A stretch of DNA of 64,000 nt, taken from positions 22,604 to 86,603 of the forward strand of contig JBEKTQ010000013.1 in assembly GCA_049515895.1 (NCBI GenBank), written 5' to 3'. Position 1 is the first letter of the stretch, and the number at the start of each line of letters is the position of its first letter. The position numbers and the translations under genes were made by a program. The stretch is from Candidatus Bathyarchaeia archaeon (lineage in GTDB: Archaea > Thermoproteota > Bathyarchaeia > Bathyarchaeales > Bathycorpusculaceae). Positions 27,564 to 37,219 of the stretch are shown in pieces. A model generated the notes under the pieces. The model did not search any database and had not been told where the DNA came from. It saw only the letters and a program-made list of their open reading frames with translations.

Positions 27564-28256
27564 TCACTTAAGGATGGAAGTTACGACTGAAACTATTAGG
27601 TCGGAAAAGTCTTCGCATGAATCAAGTATGTCGTCGCATTTATGCAGAAGTTCCTGGTAATGGTTGAATTCTAAATAATGAAGTTTCGGCGTAATACTGT
27701 AAAGCCTGTCGAATCCCAAATCTTTTATTTCGTCACCATTTTCCTCCAACGTCTCAATTTCTTTTCTAAGAGCCAAAATCTCCGCGATGTTGGACGAAGA
27801 GAGCAACTGCTTAAGTTTCAAGTGCGAATTCGATCCGAGCACCAACAGGTTTTCATATACAGAATCCCAGTCGGCGTGGTGCATCTCAAAATCTGAAGAG
27901 TAGGCTTTCGCCATTCTGGCAAGCTCTCGCACGATGTAATAGTAGGTGTCAACTGTGTCGTCGGCGGTCTGCACCGATTCTAGAAGGCTGTCGATAACGT
28001 TGGGACTAATGGCGCCTCCCGTGATGTCTTCGCTAATTTTGAAGGCTATTTCATCGGATTTCTTTTCAAGCACCTGTACAGCATGCAAGGATTCGGTTAA
28101 TTCTTTTTGCATGTAATTCATCTTGAACATGTCTGACACAATTTTGTTGCATTCGGAGGCGATATCCACGATTTGTGACAGCTCACTAAAAATGTTCTTT
28201 TCTCCAACAACCAAGATGCCTTTGATGCTTCTCAACTGAAACGCCTCTCTTAACAC
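27564..28256 (-). CDS. DUF47/PhoU-like phosphate transport regulator
   Basis: LEKKSDEI and LEENGDEI repeats; upstream of PiT. Confidence 0.85.
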   Translation of the reverse strand: MLREAFQLRSIKGILVVGEKNIFSELSQIVDIASECNKIVSDMFKMNYMQKELTESLHAVQVLEKKSDEIAFKISEDITGGAISPNVIDSLLESVQTADDTVDTYYYIVRELARMAKAYSSDFEMHHADWDSVYENLLVLGSNSHLKLKQLLSSSNIAEILALRKEIETLEENGDEIKDLGFDRLYSITPKLHYLEFNHYQELLHKCDDILDSCEDFSDLIVSVVTSILK

Positions 28257-28367
28257 ATTAAAAGGTAAGTCATATTAAACTTTACAATTCTCAAAGAATC
28301 ACTTAAACCCGCAAAAAGTTAGCTCTGAGCCTGAAAAGTCTCCGTTAGGAAGCTTAGATGATTGAAG

Positions 28368-28934
28368 TTAAATCACTTTGCTGTATTCTTTTACAGCGTT
28401 GAGTGCGACCAGTGTCGTGGTTCTTTTGATGAATCGTTCAGTTAAAAGCTTTTTCAAAAAATCGTTAAGGCTCGGGTTATCTTGGAATTTGGCAAAGACC
28501 ACTGCATCGTATTCTCCAGTTATATCATACACGGACAGCACATTGCCTTCTTTAGCTATTTCGTCTTCAACTTCCCGAATGTGTCCTCCCTCGATCTGAA
28601 TCATAATTATGGCTGTAAGAGCAAATCCCATTTTCGCTGAGTCAACAATGGGGACGTACCCGAGGATTATGCCTTTGTGTTCAAGGGCTTCAAGATGTTT
28701 ATGTAAAATGTTTGGAGTTACCCCGACTCTTTGGGCTAACTTACGTAAGCTTGAACGTGAATCGTCTTCCAGTGCTCGTATTATTTGCATATCGAGAGAG
28801 TCTGACATGTTCTTTGGGTTTTTTTTGGGTTTTAAGCCCAAATTTCTCACGCCCCAATCGTTTGTTTGACGTTTGTTTAGTAAATCAAGGAATATATAAA
28901 CATCACCGCAAAGAAATTGGAATAATGTAAACAT
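28368..28934 (-). CDS. Lrp/AsnC family transcriptional regulator (HTH plus RAM; true start probably downstream)
   Basis: LDMQIIRALEDDSRSSLRKLAQRVG HTH and ITGEYD RAM motif. Confidence 0.92.
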   Translation of the reverse strand: MFTLFQFLCGDVYIFLDLLNKRQTNDWGVRNLGLKPKKNPKNMSDSLDMQIIRALEDDSRSSLRKLAQRVGVTPNILHKHLEALEHKGIILGYVPIVDSAKMGFALTAIIMIQIEGGHIREVEDEIAKEGNVLSVYDITGEYDAVVFAKFQDNPSLNDFLKKLLTERFIKRTTTLVALNAVKEYSKVI

Positions 28935-29162
28935 CAGTTGGAGCGACAGCCAAGAAAAATAGACAATCGATGTATGAATACTTAACGAATGTGCAAGTTA
29001 TCAAAATTACGCCGGTTCACCAGATTAGACATAGGATAATGCGATGATTAGCAAGGCAACGGCCGTGCTGCTGCAATGCCCAGTTCCATGCACAGAATAA
29101 CTTAATAACACCTGCCGCTAAGTAGGATAACCTGTTCAACCCCTAAAGATTGTTTAAAACTG

Positions 29163-30668
29163 ATGGTTTGCATGGCAAATAACAGTGTAGATGTGGTTTT
29201 AACCGCTGACAGAACCCTTATGAGCAACTACCACGGCAACGAGTTCCTAGGGTTCGGCACCTGCGCTCCATCAAACTTCATCCCGGATGTACTCTACAGC
29301 TACTTATTTTTTCCACCCATAAGCACAAACAAGGGGTTGCCGACCGCTGCACCATACGGCCTGAGAAAAATTGAAGCTCAACTGCTAAAAGAAGGCTTCA
29401 ACGTTTTAACAGTCAGCCCGCAGCACCTTCGAAAATACCTTAAAAGCGCAAAAGTCATCGGCATCCACACAATGGATCCATTTGGCTTCGGTCCCGCTTC
29501 AACCACTCTAGCCTCGCTTTTCCAAAAAGAACCCTTCTTAGCAAGACACTTCCACGGATTAGTCACCAGCCCCATCATTAGAGAAGCAAAACGAAACGGA
29601 GCAAAAGTCATAGTAGGCGGTCCCGGTGCATGGCAATTCCGCTATAGACCTCAGCTTGTGGAGAAAAAAGTTGTTGACTGCATTGTGGAAGGGGAAGCCG
29701 AAAATGTTATCGGAAAACTTTTCAAAGCCGCAATAAATGGCGAGCCGCTGCCACCTCACTTCGAAGTTGCAGCCAAAGACGCCCCCAAGTTGGAGGAAAT
29801 ACCTGACATCGTGCGTCCGTCTGTAAACGGCTTAGTTGAGCTTGGAAGAGGCTGCTGTAGAGGATGCGAATTCTGCAACGTTACGCTTAGACCTCTGCGC
29901 TGGTACCCCCTTGACAAAATAGTACGAGAAGTAGCCGTCAATGTGGAAGTAGGCAAACAAAGAGTTATCTGTCTACATTCTGAAGACGTTATGCTATACG
30001 GTTCACAAAGCGCCGTGCCAGACGACGAAAAACTTGTGAAGCTCCACGAGACGGTGATGAGCAAAGTGAACACAATAAGTTGGAGCCATTGTTCGCTCGC
30101 AGCCGTAGCTTCAAAACCGCAGCTTGTCGCTAAACTTTCAGACATAATACTTCAAAAGCAAGCTTGGTGGGGAGCTGAAATCGGTCTCGAAACAGGTTCA
30201 GCCCAGCTTGCCAAAAAAATCATGCCTGCAAAAGCCTTTCCGTTTAAAGCCGAAGAATGGCCGCAAGTTGCCCGCCAGGGCTTCGGCATAATGCATGACA
30301 ACAAGTTGATCCCTGCTGCAACGCTGATCGTTGGTCTTCCTGAAGAAACAGAAGACGATATTACAAGAACACTGGAGCTACTTGATGACGTTAAAGACTG
30401 CCGAAGCCTAATTGTGCCTCTATTCTTTGTCCCGCTGGGCAGATTGAAAAACAAGGATTGGTTCAGGGAAACGCAAGTTAGCAAGCTCCATGAGGAACTG
30501 ATGATCGTGTGCGCTGAACACAGCCTTCGCTGGGTAGACAACATTATTGACATGTCATTCATGGATAAGGGGTATCGAGTTCCGCTGAAGCAAGCCTACA
30601 AGGTTTTCGCGGGATTAACGAGACGCCGAATAAGACAAGTTGAAAGCACAGAATTACCGCAAAAATGA
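29163..30668 (+). CDS. B12-binding radical SAM protein
   Basis: PYGLRKIEA, IVGGPGA, GRGCCRGCEFC (CxxxCxxC) and GLETGS motifs. Confidence 0.88.
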   Translation: MVCMANNSVDVVLTADRTLMSNYHGNEFLGFGTCAPSNFIPDVLYSYLFFPPISTNKGLPTAAPYGLRKIEAQLLKEGFNVLTVSPQHLRKYLKSAKVIGIHTMDPFGFGPASTTLASLFQKEPFLARHFHGLVTSPIIREAKRNGAKVIVGGPGAWQFRYRPQLVEKKVVDCIVEGEAENVIGKLFKAAINGEPLPPHFEVAAKDAPKLEEIPDIVRPSVNGLVELGRGCCRGCEFCNVTLRPLRWYPLDKIVREVAVNVEVGKQRVICLHSEDVMLYGSQSAVPDDEKLVKLHETVMSKVNTISWSHCSLAAVASKPQLVAKLSDIILQKQAWWGAEIGLETGSAQLAKKIMPAKAFPFKAEEWPQVARQGFGIMHDNKLIPAATLIVGLPEETEDDITRTLELLDDVKDCRSLIVPLFFVPLGRLKNKDWFRETQVSKLHEELMIVCAEHSLRWVDNIIDMSFMDKGYRVPLKQAYKVFAGLTRRRIRQVESTELPQK

Positions 30669-30804
30669 GCTCTCCTCCTATTTCATTAAAATCATTAAAA
30701 TCTTACCATGGACATTTTGTTCGAGGACTTTGTTGAATTTGCCTAAATCGCACTCGCAACTTTAATAATTTCATTTTTATTTAGTTTAGCCTGAGGCGCA
30801 ATGA

Positions 30805-31515
30805 ATGGCAACTAATTCCAGCGAAAAAGTTGAAGACAAAAGAAACGTTAAAGTGCTCAAGAATGGGCCATATTTCGTTTCAGGAGCTCTCCCCTTGTAC
30901 CCCATGACCATAGAGTGTGATGGACAGGGAACTCCGATCAAATGGGCAACTGGAAACAAGTTGAGCACCCCGCAAAGTTATATCCTGTGCCGATGCGGGC
31001 AATCAAGCCATAAGCCATTTTGCGATGCCAGCCACGTGAAAGCCAACTTTGACGGAACAGAAACAAGCGCAAACGAATCCTTCGAAAAAATAGCACAGGA
31101 AATCGACGGTCCAGAATTGAAGCTCAAAGATGCTGTAATGCTTTGTGCTTCAGCCCGTTTTTGTCATAGGGGAGGAGACATCTGGGATGTGATACACCGC
31201 ACAGACATGCCCGAATCAAGGAAAAACGCCATCGAAAACTCCTGCGATTGCCCATCTGGCAGGTTAGTCGTCTATGACAAGAAAACTGGGGCGAAAATTG
31301 AACCCACATTGGATAAGTCAATCGGCGTAATTGAAGATCCCGGCATAGGAACAGGGGGACCCTATTGGATTCGGGGCGGAATTCCAGTTTACTCCGCTGA
31401 TGGGAAACTCTATGAGACGCGAAACCGCATGACACTTTGCCGCTGCGGGAAATCGCAAAATAAACCGTTTTGTGACAGCAGCCATTATCCAGAAGAGGAC
31501 CGAGAGGTGAAATGA
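30805..31515 (+). CDS. CDGSH iron-sulfur domain protein
   Basis: Two LCRCGxSxxKPFCDxSH motifs flanking a divergent 4Fe-4S-like segment. Confidence 0.9.
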   Translation: MATNSSEKVEDKRNVKVLKNGPYFVSGALPLYPMTIECDGQGTPIKWATGNKLSTPQSYILCRCGQSSHKPFCDASHVKANFDGTETSANESFEKIAQEIDGPELKLKDAVMLCASARFCHRGGDIWDVIHRTDMPESRKNAIENSCDCPSGRLVVYDKKTGAKIEPTLDKSIGVIEDPGIGTGGPYWIRGGIPVYSADGKLYETRNRMTLCRCGKSQNKPFCDSSHYPEEDREVK

Positions 31516-31821
31516 ATGGCCGATGACAGCCTTGAGCGGAATTTAGAGTCTAAGGAAAAAGCGTTTGTGCTTTTTTACGCTTCATGGTGCCATTTTTCAC
31601 AGCAGTTCCTGCCGATATTCAAGGAGTACGCAAGAAACCATCCTGATGAATGCGTTAGCGTTTTGATTGATGATAAACCAGATTTATGCGACAAATACTC
31701 CATCGACTACTACCCTACGGTGCTGCTTTTCAAAAAAGGCAAAGTAGACAAGCGCCTTGACGCTGAGCCAGGCGAAGGACTAACAAAGAAGCAGCTAATG
31801 CAACTCGCAGAGAATCCGTGA
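31516..31821 (+). CDS. Thioredoxin-family protein with CxxS site
   Basis: FYASWCHFS and YPT cis-Pro motif. Confidence 0.85.
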   Translation: MADDSLERNLESKEKAFVLFYASWCHFSQQFLPIFKEYARNHPDECVSVLIDDKPDLCDKYSIDYYPTVLLFKKGKVDKRLDAEPGEGLTKKQLMQLAENP

Positions 31822-33062
31822 CCGCCTCTAAAAACAGAACATGCACCCAAACTTTTCTTCACTATTTTTGTCAGTTAATGGAAAAAGCCATATATTCCGA
31901 TGGTAAACCATCAGAGAACAGTGACTCGATGTATAGAACTGGCGTAGCCAATTTGCCGCTTCACGGTGGAAAAGCTCCTTCCTGGCTTATAGTGAGAATG
32001 CGTAAGTTAGCCAAGGAAATCGCCAATATCATGATTGAAGAATATGGCGCAACAACTTTTATTGAACGTTTGTCTGACCCGTTTTGGTTTCAAGCGTTCG
32101 GCTGTGTCTTAGCTTACGACTGGCATAGCAGCGGAGTAACGACCGTAGTTACAGGGATTCTTAAAACTGCATTAACGCCTGAAGAGCACGGCATCGCTGT
32201 TTGCGGGGGCAAAGGCAAAACATCTATAAAAACTCCCAGCGACATCGCTTTGGCAGGAGAAAAGTTTGGTTTTTCAGAGGAAACTGTCAAAACGTTAACT
32301 TACAGCAGCAAAATGGCGGCGAAAATAGACAACACCGCGATCCAAGCAGGATACCAACTATACCACCATGCCTTCCTAGTCACCAAGGATGAGAAGTGGG
32401 CGGTGATTCAGCAGGGTATGAGCGATCAGGACCACTCAGCTAGACGCTACCATTGGCTGTCCGATAAGGTAACCGATTTTGTTGTTGAACCAGAAAACGC
32501 CATAGTCGGCGACGTAAAACGGGAAAGTGCCCTGAACATGGTGGCCAAGGACAGCGAAGCTGCAAGAAAAGCATCGGTCGATTTGGCAAAGGAACCCACT
32601 CGCAAACTTATGAATCTCATCAAATCCGCCGCGAAACCGCTCGATCAAACATCACTGCAAAACTGGCTTCCTAAAACCAGCGACCCATGGCAGCAAACCC
32701 TAACCAGCCTCAACATGCCCCGCAGCATAAGCTGGGACACAATGAGCCGCGTCTACGAGTTCCAGCCCAAAAACTACGAGGAGCTTTTGAGCTTAAAAGG
32801 CGTTGGCCCTGCCACAGTGCGAGGCTTAGCTCTTGTAGCCGAGTTAGTTTACGGAGAAAAACCCAATTGGGAAGACCCAGTAAAATTCAGCTTCGCGTAC
32901 GGCGGAAAAGACGGCGTCCCCTTTCCCGTTGACCGAAAAGCAATGGATCAGTCAATCGAAATTCTTAAAGACGCCTTGCAAGAAGCAAAAATCGGCGACA
33001 AAGAAAAACTGGGTTCTCTGAAAAGACTAAGGCGGTTTGTTCCCGAAAACGTAAATTCCTAA
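31818..33062 (+). CDS. DUF763 protein (true start probably about 31929)
   Basis: LPLHGGKAP, DWHSSGVTT, KGVGP and FAYGGKDGVPFPVDR motifs. Confidence 0.9.
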   Translation: MTASKNRTCTQTFLHYFCQLMEKAIYSDGKPSENSDSMYRTGVANLPLHGGKAPSWLIVRMRKLAKEIANIMIEEYGATTFIERLSDPFWFQAFGCVLAYDWHSSGVTTVVTGILKTALTPEEHGIAVCGGKGKTSIKTPSDIALAGEKFGFSEETVKTLTYSSKMAAKIDNTAIQAGYQLYHHAFLVTKDEKWAVIQQGMSDQDHSARRYHWLSDKVTDFVVEPENAIVGDVKRESALNMVAKDSEAARKASVDLAKEPTRKLMNLIKSAAKPLDQTSLQNWLPKTSDPWQQTLTSLNMPRSISWDTMSRVYEFQPKNYEELLSLKGVGPATVRGLALVAELVYGEKPNWEDPVKFSFAYGGKDGVPFPVDRKAMDQSIEILKDALQEAKIGDKEKLGSLKRLRRFVPENVNS

Positions 33063-33134
33063 GCTTGAACCTTTACGCAAAAACGAATAACTTTTATTGT
33101 TGCAGTTTCACTTATTTGCTTCGAGCCTATCAGT

Positions 33135-33338
33135 GGGGTCGTAGTCTAGGCAGGTATGACTCTGAGAAGACAAAGAGCTTCTCGGCATCAGGACGGGCTC
33201 CAGAAGCAAGCAACGGGTTTGCTGACTCCGCTCGGAGAATGACGAAGTTCTGGAGCGTGACTAGAGAAACCCGTAAGAAACCGTTTATAGGCGGTTTCTG
33301 GGTAAAGGTCGTCGGTTCAAATCCGGCCGGCCCCACCA
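33135..33338 (+). tRNA. tRNA-Trp(CCA) with three introns (33161-33191, 33204-33268, 33275-33305)
   Basis: Removing three BHB-type introns yields GGGGTCG-TA-GTCTAGGCAGGTATGAC-G-ACGGG-CTCCAGA-CCCGT-AGGTC-GTCGG-TTCAAAT-CCGGC-CGGCCCC-A-CCA. Confidence 0.92.
33204..33268 (+). ncRNA. Box C/D guide RNA inside the tRNA-Trp anticodon intron
   Basis: ACGGGTTT plus CTGA is antisense to AAACCCGT; box C-like ATGACGA; TTCTGGAG plus GTGA is antisense to CTCCAGAA. This is the known archaeal tRNA-Trp intron design. Confidence 0.8.
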
Positions 33339-33429
33339 AATTCACTTTCTAAGTTTTCACGTTTCAATTTTGACATTAAACATAAATTCGCACAATGCCA
33401 AAACCTCCATAAAAACTGGACTGAATTGA

Positions 33430-34011
33430 ATGCTGACTAAACGTCAATCTGAAATTTTGGGCATTATGTTCGGTGATGGGTCGTTATCTAAAGTGGGCGG
33501 TTCCATTCAGCTAACCATTACCGGTCATAAAGTTGAGGACAAAGAGTATCTGCTTACGCATGTTTGCCCCTTACTTGAACAAGAATTTTCGATAAAACTT
33601 AGAGTTCGACATAGGCCATGTGAGCAAACCATGGATGTTTACATCTACTCTAAAGAAGTAGCCATGGTTCTTGCTAGCTGGGGAATGCCATTAGGACTGA
33701 AGAACGCTGGCACCTTGCAACCAGCCGTCGAACTAAGTAAGAAAGAATTTGTTCGAGGGCTCTTTGATACAGACGGTTGTATCTATCGTAAATACAACAA
33801 TTACAAACAAGTTCAATTCAAAGGTTCTTCACTAACGCTAATACAATATGCTAATGAAGCTCTGAGGAATCTGGGTTTTCGTCCGTCGAAAATAACAAAC
33901 GATGATACTAGATATAAATTCTATCTTTCCAGGCAGAATGAAGTTAACTTGTTTTTCAAATCTATAGCTCCTGCAAACAACAAGCATCTTAATCGATACA
34001 AGGCTATTTGA
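33430..34011 (+). CDS. Free-standing double-motif LAGLIDADG homing endonuclease
   Basis: EILGIMFGDGSL and EFVRGLFDTDGCI motifs; no intein splicing motifs. Confidence 0.88.
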   Translation: MLTKRQSEILGIMFGDGSLSKVGGSIQLTITGHKVEDKEYLLTHVCPLLEQEFSIKLRVRHRPCEQTMDVYIYSKEVAMVLASWGMPLGLKNAGTLQPAVELSKKEFVRGLFDTDGCIYRKYNNYKQVQFKGSSLTLIQYANEALRNLGFRPSKITNDDTRYKFYLSRQNEVNLFFKSIAPANNKHLNRYKAI

Positions 34012-34052
34012 TAGGAACTATTCATGAAAGCCAACACTCACCGATTAGAAAT

Positions 34053-34163
34053 CTCCGCGAGGAGTATGACGAATTTTCCGAGCGCTCATAGAGAAACCCG
34101 CAAAGATCGGCTTGCGCCGTTCTTGGGTAAAGGTCGTCGGTTCAAATCCGGTCTGACCCCCCA
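34053..34163 (+). pseudogene. Diverged 3' half of an intron-containing tRNA-Trp gene
   Basis: Aligns to 33226-33338: CTCCGC..GGAG.ATGACGAA, TAGAGAAACCCG, TGGGTAAAGGTCGTCGGTTCAAATCCGG. No 5' half is present. Confidence 0.88.
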
Positions 34164-34320
34164 AACTGCAACACAGAGGAGCATGAGAGAGATGAAGAGG
34201 ATGCTGGCAGAGGTTGGCGGCGGAAGACATCTTGGAAGCGGCCATGATAAGATTTGATAAAATTGTTAGTCAAATAATCTTAAGAGCAGCTTACGAAATA
34301 ACTAGCACAAGAGGGGTTTC

Positions 34321-35835
34321 ATGAAAAGGCTGTTGACCGCGTTTGCGATGATTCTTCTCTTCAGTGGGATATTGATAGCTTGTGTTGCGCGACTTGGTGC
34401 CGCGGAAAGTGGTACGGTGTTCAACGGAATAATAAGTTCGAACACCATATGGAACGCCGCAGGCAGCCCCTACAGCTTCAACGGTCCAGTGGCAGTAGCT
34501 CCCGGCACAACTCTGGCGATTGAACCGGGCGTCATAGTAAACATGAACAACTACTATTTCCAAGTAAACGGCACCTTGGTCGCACAAGGCACCAACACCA
34601 ACCCGATCACCTTTAACTGCAACTTCCCCGCCAGACCAACCTTCCTAACTTCGCCAACTCAAATCAGCAGCTACATTAGCTTCAACCAGTTAAGCTACAT
34701 TAAAGATTTCCTCGGGTCAGGGTCCATAATACAAAACGCAATTCTCAACTGCAACGTATACATCTACAACGTTACCGTAAAGATAGACCAAGATACTATC
34801 TGGGGAATCGAATGCCATGGAGGCTCATCAACGGTTTCAAACAGCCAAATCACTGGCGGCTTAGGCATCATGGGAGGTTCTCCCACCGTTTCCGGCAACC
34901 ACATTTCTGGCGGCAGCGGCATTTACTGGGTTGGAAGAGACGACGACAGGGACAACGATGTCGTTGCTATAGAAGATGAGAGCTCGCCGCTGATAAACAA
35001 CAACGTTATTACCGGCAACGCTGTGGGCATAGGCTTCGACGCTGGCGATGACGGCTCCAACAACAACTACAATGCAGTAATTACTGGTAACTTGATTTAT
35101 GGTGGCATTGTCGGAATCGCAATAGGGGGCGGCACGGGACAAGTCCTAATCTCAGACAACACAATTTACTACTGCACAACGGGCATCAGCACTTACGACT
35201 CAGGCGCAGGAGGCATCCAAAACGACAACACCGTCGCAGCAACCATCGAAAGAAACCTCATCAGCAACGCAACAAACGGAATCCAAATCGCCACCGCAAA
35301 CTCAATCCAAGACAACACAATCACCAATAACACGGTCGGAATCATAGCAAGTTCACCCTCAACAATCCTATACAACAACATCCAAGGAAACATGCAAAGT
35401 GTCAGCTTAGCATCCGCAAACAATCTTAATGCAACCTACAATTGGTGGGGAACCACTGACACCCAAACGATAAACCAAACAATCCACGATTCCAAAAACA
35501 ACTTCAACTTAGGAACCGTAGATTTTGTTCCCCTCCTCAACTCACCTAACGCCCGGGCAACACCAAACATTAGCCACACGGCACCCACCCCCACAGCGTC
35601 ACCTGTGGGCCCAACACCAACCCCACCTCTCGTCTCAACATCAACAAACGCCACACCGAACACTACTCCAACTCCGACGCCTACGCCGACATCCTCGGAA
35701 AATCCCGTCACATCGAACCCAACCTATTCTGAGATCTATGTCATCCTAATTGTGCTCCTCGTTGTCTTTGCTACTGCATTTGTGGCTGTGATGGCAATCC
35801 TTATGCGTGAAAGAAGACGGAGCAGTCACCTATGA
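34321..35835 (+). CDS. Surface protein with right-handed parallel beta-helix, Pro/Thr linker and C-terminal TM anchor
   Basis: Signal peptide, Asn/Gly/Ile-rich repeats, ATYNWWG motif, TPTPTP linker, TM helix with RERRR tail. Confidence 0.88.
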   Translation: MKRLLTAFAMILLFSGILIACVARLGAAESGTVFNGIISSNTIWNAAGSPYSFNGPVAVAPGTTLAIEPGVIVNMNNYYFQVNGTLVAQGTNTNPITFNCNFPARPTFLTSPTQISSYISFNQLSYIKDFLGSGSIIQNAILNCNVYIYNVTVKIDQDTIWGIECHGGSSTVSNSQITGGLGIMGGSPTVSGNHISGGSGIYWVGRDDDRDNDVVAIEDESSPLINNNVITGNAVGIGFDAGDDGSNNNYNAVITGNLIYGGIVGIAIGGGTGQVLISDNTIYYCTTGISTYDSGAGGIQNDNTVAATIERNLISNATNGIQIATANSIQDNTITNNTVGIIASSPSTILYNNIQGNMQSVSLASANNLNATYNWWGTTDTQTINQTIHDSKNNFNLGTVDFVPLLNSPNARATPNISHTAPTPTASPVGPTPTPPLVSTSTNATPNTTPTPTPTPTSSENPVTSNPTYSEIYVILIVLLVVFATAFVAVMAILMRERRRSSHL

Positions 35836-36536
35836 CGGTCGAGTTTTCAAATCTTCACAAAACTCTCAAAGACCCGACACGCAGGGACATTCTCAGGTGC
35901 CTTGGCGAAGCAGGTTCTTTATCCTATATGGACTTGATGGAGCAAGCCAAAATCACGAACACGGGAAGGCTCAATTATCACCTCAAAATCCTCAACGGAT
36001 TAATAGAAAAGCAAGTCGACGGCAAATACGGCTTGACAGAGAAAGGTCGCCTAGCAGTCCAACTGCTTGACGAGTTCCCGGAAGAAAAACCGCGCGCAAA
36101 ACAACAAAAATCGCGGATGAAAAAGCTGACACTTGCAGCTATCCTACTTCTGGTCGGCATAATTATCGTATCGTCCGTGCTGATAATAACGGTGCAGCCA
36201 AAGAAAGAGGGCTTCAACGTGACCTACTGGAAGCAGCAGCCAGACCAGCTTATACCTCAGTCCAACTATATCCAATACGTTTTCAACATTACGGGAGCAG
36301 ACAACTCTTTCCAGTTAGCGTCAAGTGAAACGCTCGATAGCCTGCTTTCGCCCTTGGTAACTAAGTACCCCATGGCCACAATGACATTGAACAAATCAAC
36401 CTTTCCCGCCTGGAGCTGCGGAACTCTAGGCAACGGAAAATTCATTTTCGCTTTAACATTAAAAATCAGCCTATCGGGTGCTCAATTGCAATCTTTGACG
36501 CAGGACTTAAAGCAAGCCCTGAAAACCACCCAGTAG
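35832..36536 (+). CDS. Membrane-anchored ArsR-like winged-helix protein
   Basis: LKDPTRRDIL...LNYHLKIL...YGLTEKG, then a TM helix and an outer domain. Confidence 0.82.
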   Translation: MTVEFSNLHKTLKDPTRRDILRCLGEAGSLSYMDLMEQAKITNTGRLNYHLKILNGLIEKQVDGKYGLTEKGRLAVQLLDEFPEEKPRAKQQKSRMKKLTLAAILLLVGIIIVSSVLIITVQPKKEGFNVTYWKQQPDQLIPQSNYIQYVFNITGADNSFQLASSETLDSLLSPLVTKYPMATMTLNKSTFPAWSCGTLGNGKFIFALTLKISLSGAQLQSLTQDLKQALKTTQ

Positions 36537-36564
36537 GGTTAAGGTTCGCGTGCCCCGTGACGCT

Positions 36565-36984
36565 TTAGCTGATGTACCGTATCGGGGTGTAGGTTTGCCC
36601 GGGTTCTTTGGGTTCGTCGCCCCATGTTAGAAGCCACTTGTTTGAGTCAGCGGATGAAGGGTCTTTGAACATGGTTATTTGCGAGTAGTCTGCGTCTTTT
36701 GCGTCTTTGTAGTTTGTCATGAGGTTTTTTAGCAGTTCGTCTGTCCAGTTGCATACTATTGAGGCTTCGTTTCCCTGTGGGTTGGTTGCGAGCAGACGAA
36801 GGAAATAGTCGCCCACAGTGATATCTTCAACTGGACACGTGTCGTCGGTTTTTTGCATGATTTCTATGGTGTGGACTTTGAAGGTGCCGTCTTTGTCTTT
36901 TATGATTAGGTGAATGTTTTTTCCTACGAAGTTTTTCATGAAGCGCTTCATAAGTGTTAGTTTTTTCATTGGTCTTCTCCTCAT
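36565..36984 (-). CDS. Hypothetical protein divergent from ftsZ
   Basis: 139-aa ORF with a TATA-like element upstream; no family recognised. Confidence 0.7.
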   Translation of the reverse strand: MRRRPMKKLTLMKRFMKNFVGKNIHLIIKDKDGTFKVHTIEIMQKTDDTCPVEDITVGDYFLRLLATNPQGNEASIVCNWTDELLKNLMTNYKDAKDADYSQITMFKDPSSADSNKWLLTWGDEPKEPGQTYTPIRYIS

Positions 36985-37219
36985 TTTGTTGTTGCCAAAG
37001 GTTGTATATAAGGTATATTACGAAACAAGTTATCTGTTGCCACGTACTACAGATATTCATTTCACGTTAGGATTCAAAATCTTTATATTATAATATCGTG
37101 AGAATTACGATATAGGAAATAAAATTGGGGGTATAAATATAGAAGCTCAACAACCGTTCGAATACGCAGAAACGCCATATATAGAAACACAAGAAGAAAA
37201 AATAGCAAAATTCGCTAAA

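Noticed and set aside
10816-29000. Integrase-mediated island at tRNA-Asn
   Set aside because: No integrase or duplicated tRNA-Asn 3' end was seen; the same holds for tRNA-Lys at 48546.
33065-33352. ORFs 33065-33352 (+) and 33130-33345 (-)
   Set aside because: They are shadows of the intron-containing tRNA-Trp.
33430-34011. Intein
   Set aside because: There is no host extein and no N-terminal Cys/Ser or C-terminal His-Asn splicing motif.
34024-34257. ORFs 34024-34257 (+) and 34045-34245 (-)
   Set aside because: They overlap the tRNA-Trp half-gene; their similarity to the ORFs at 33065-33352 only reflects the duplicated RNA sequence.
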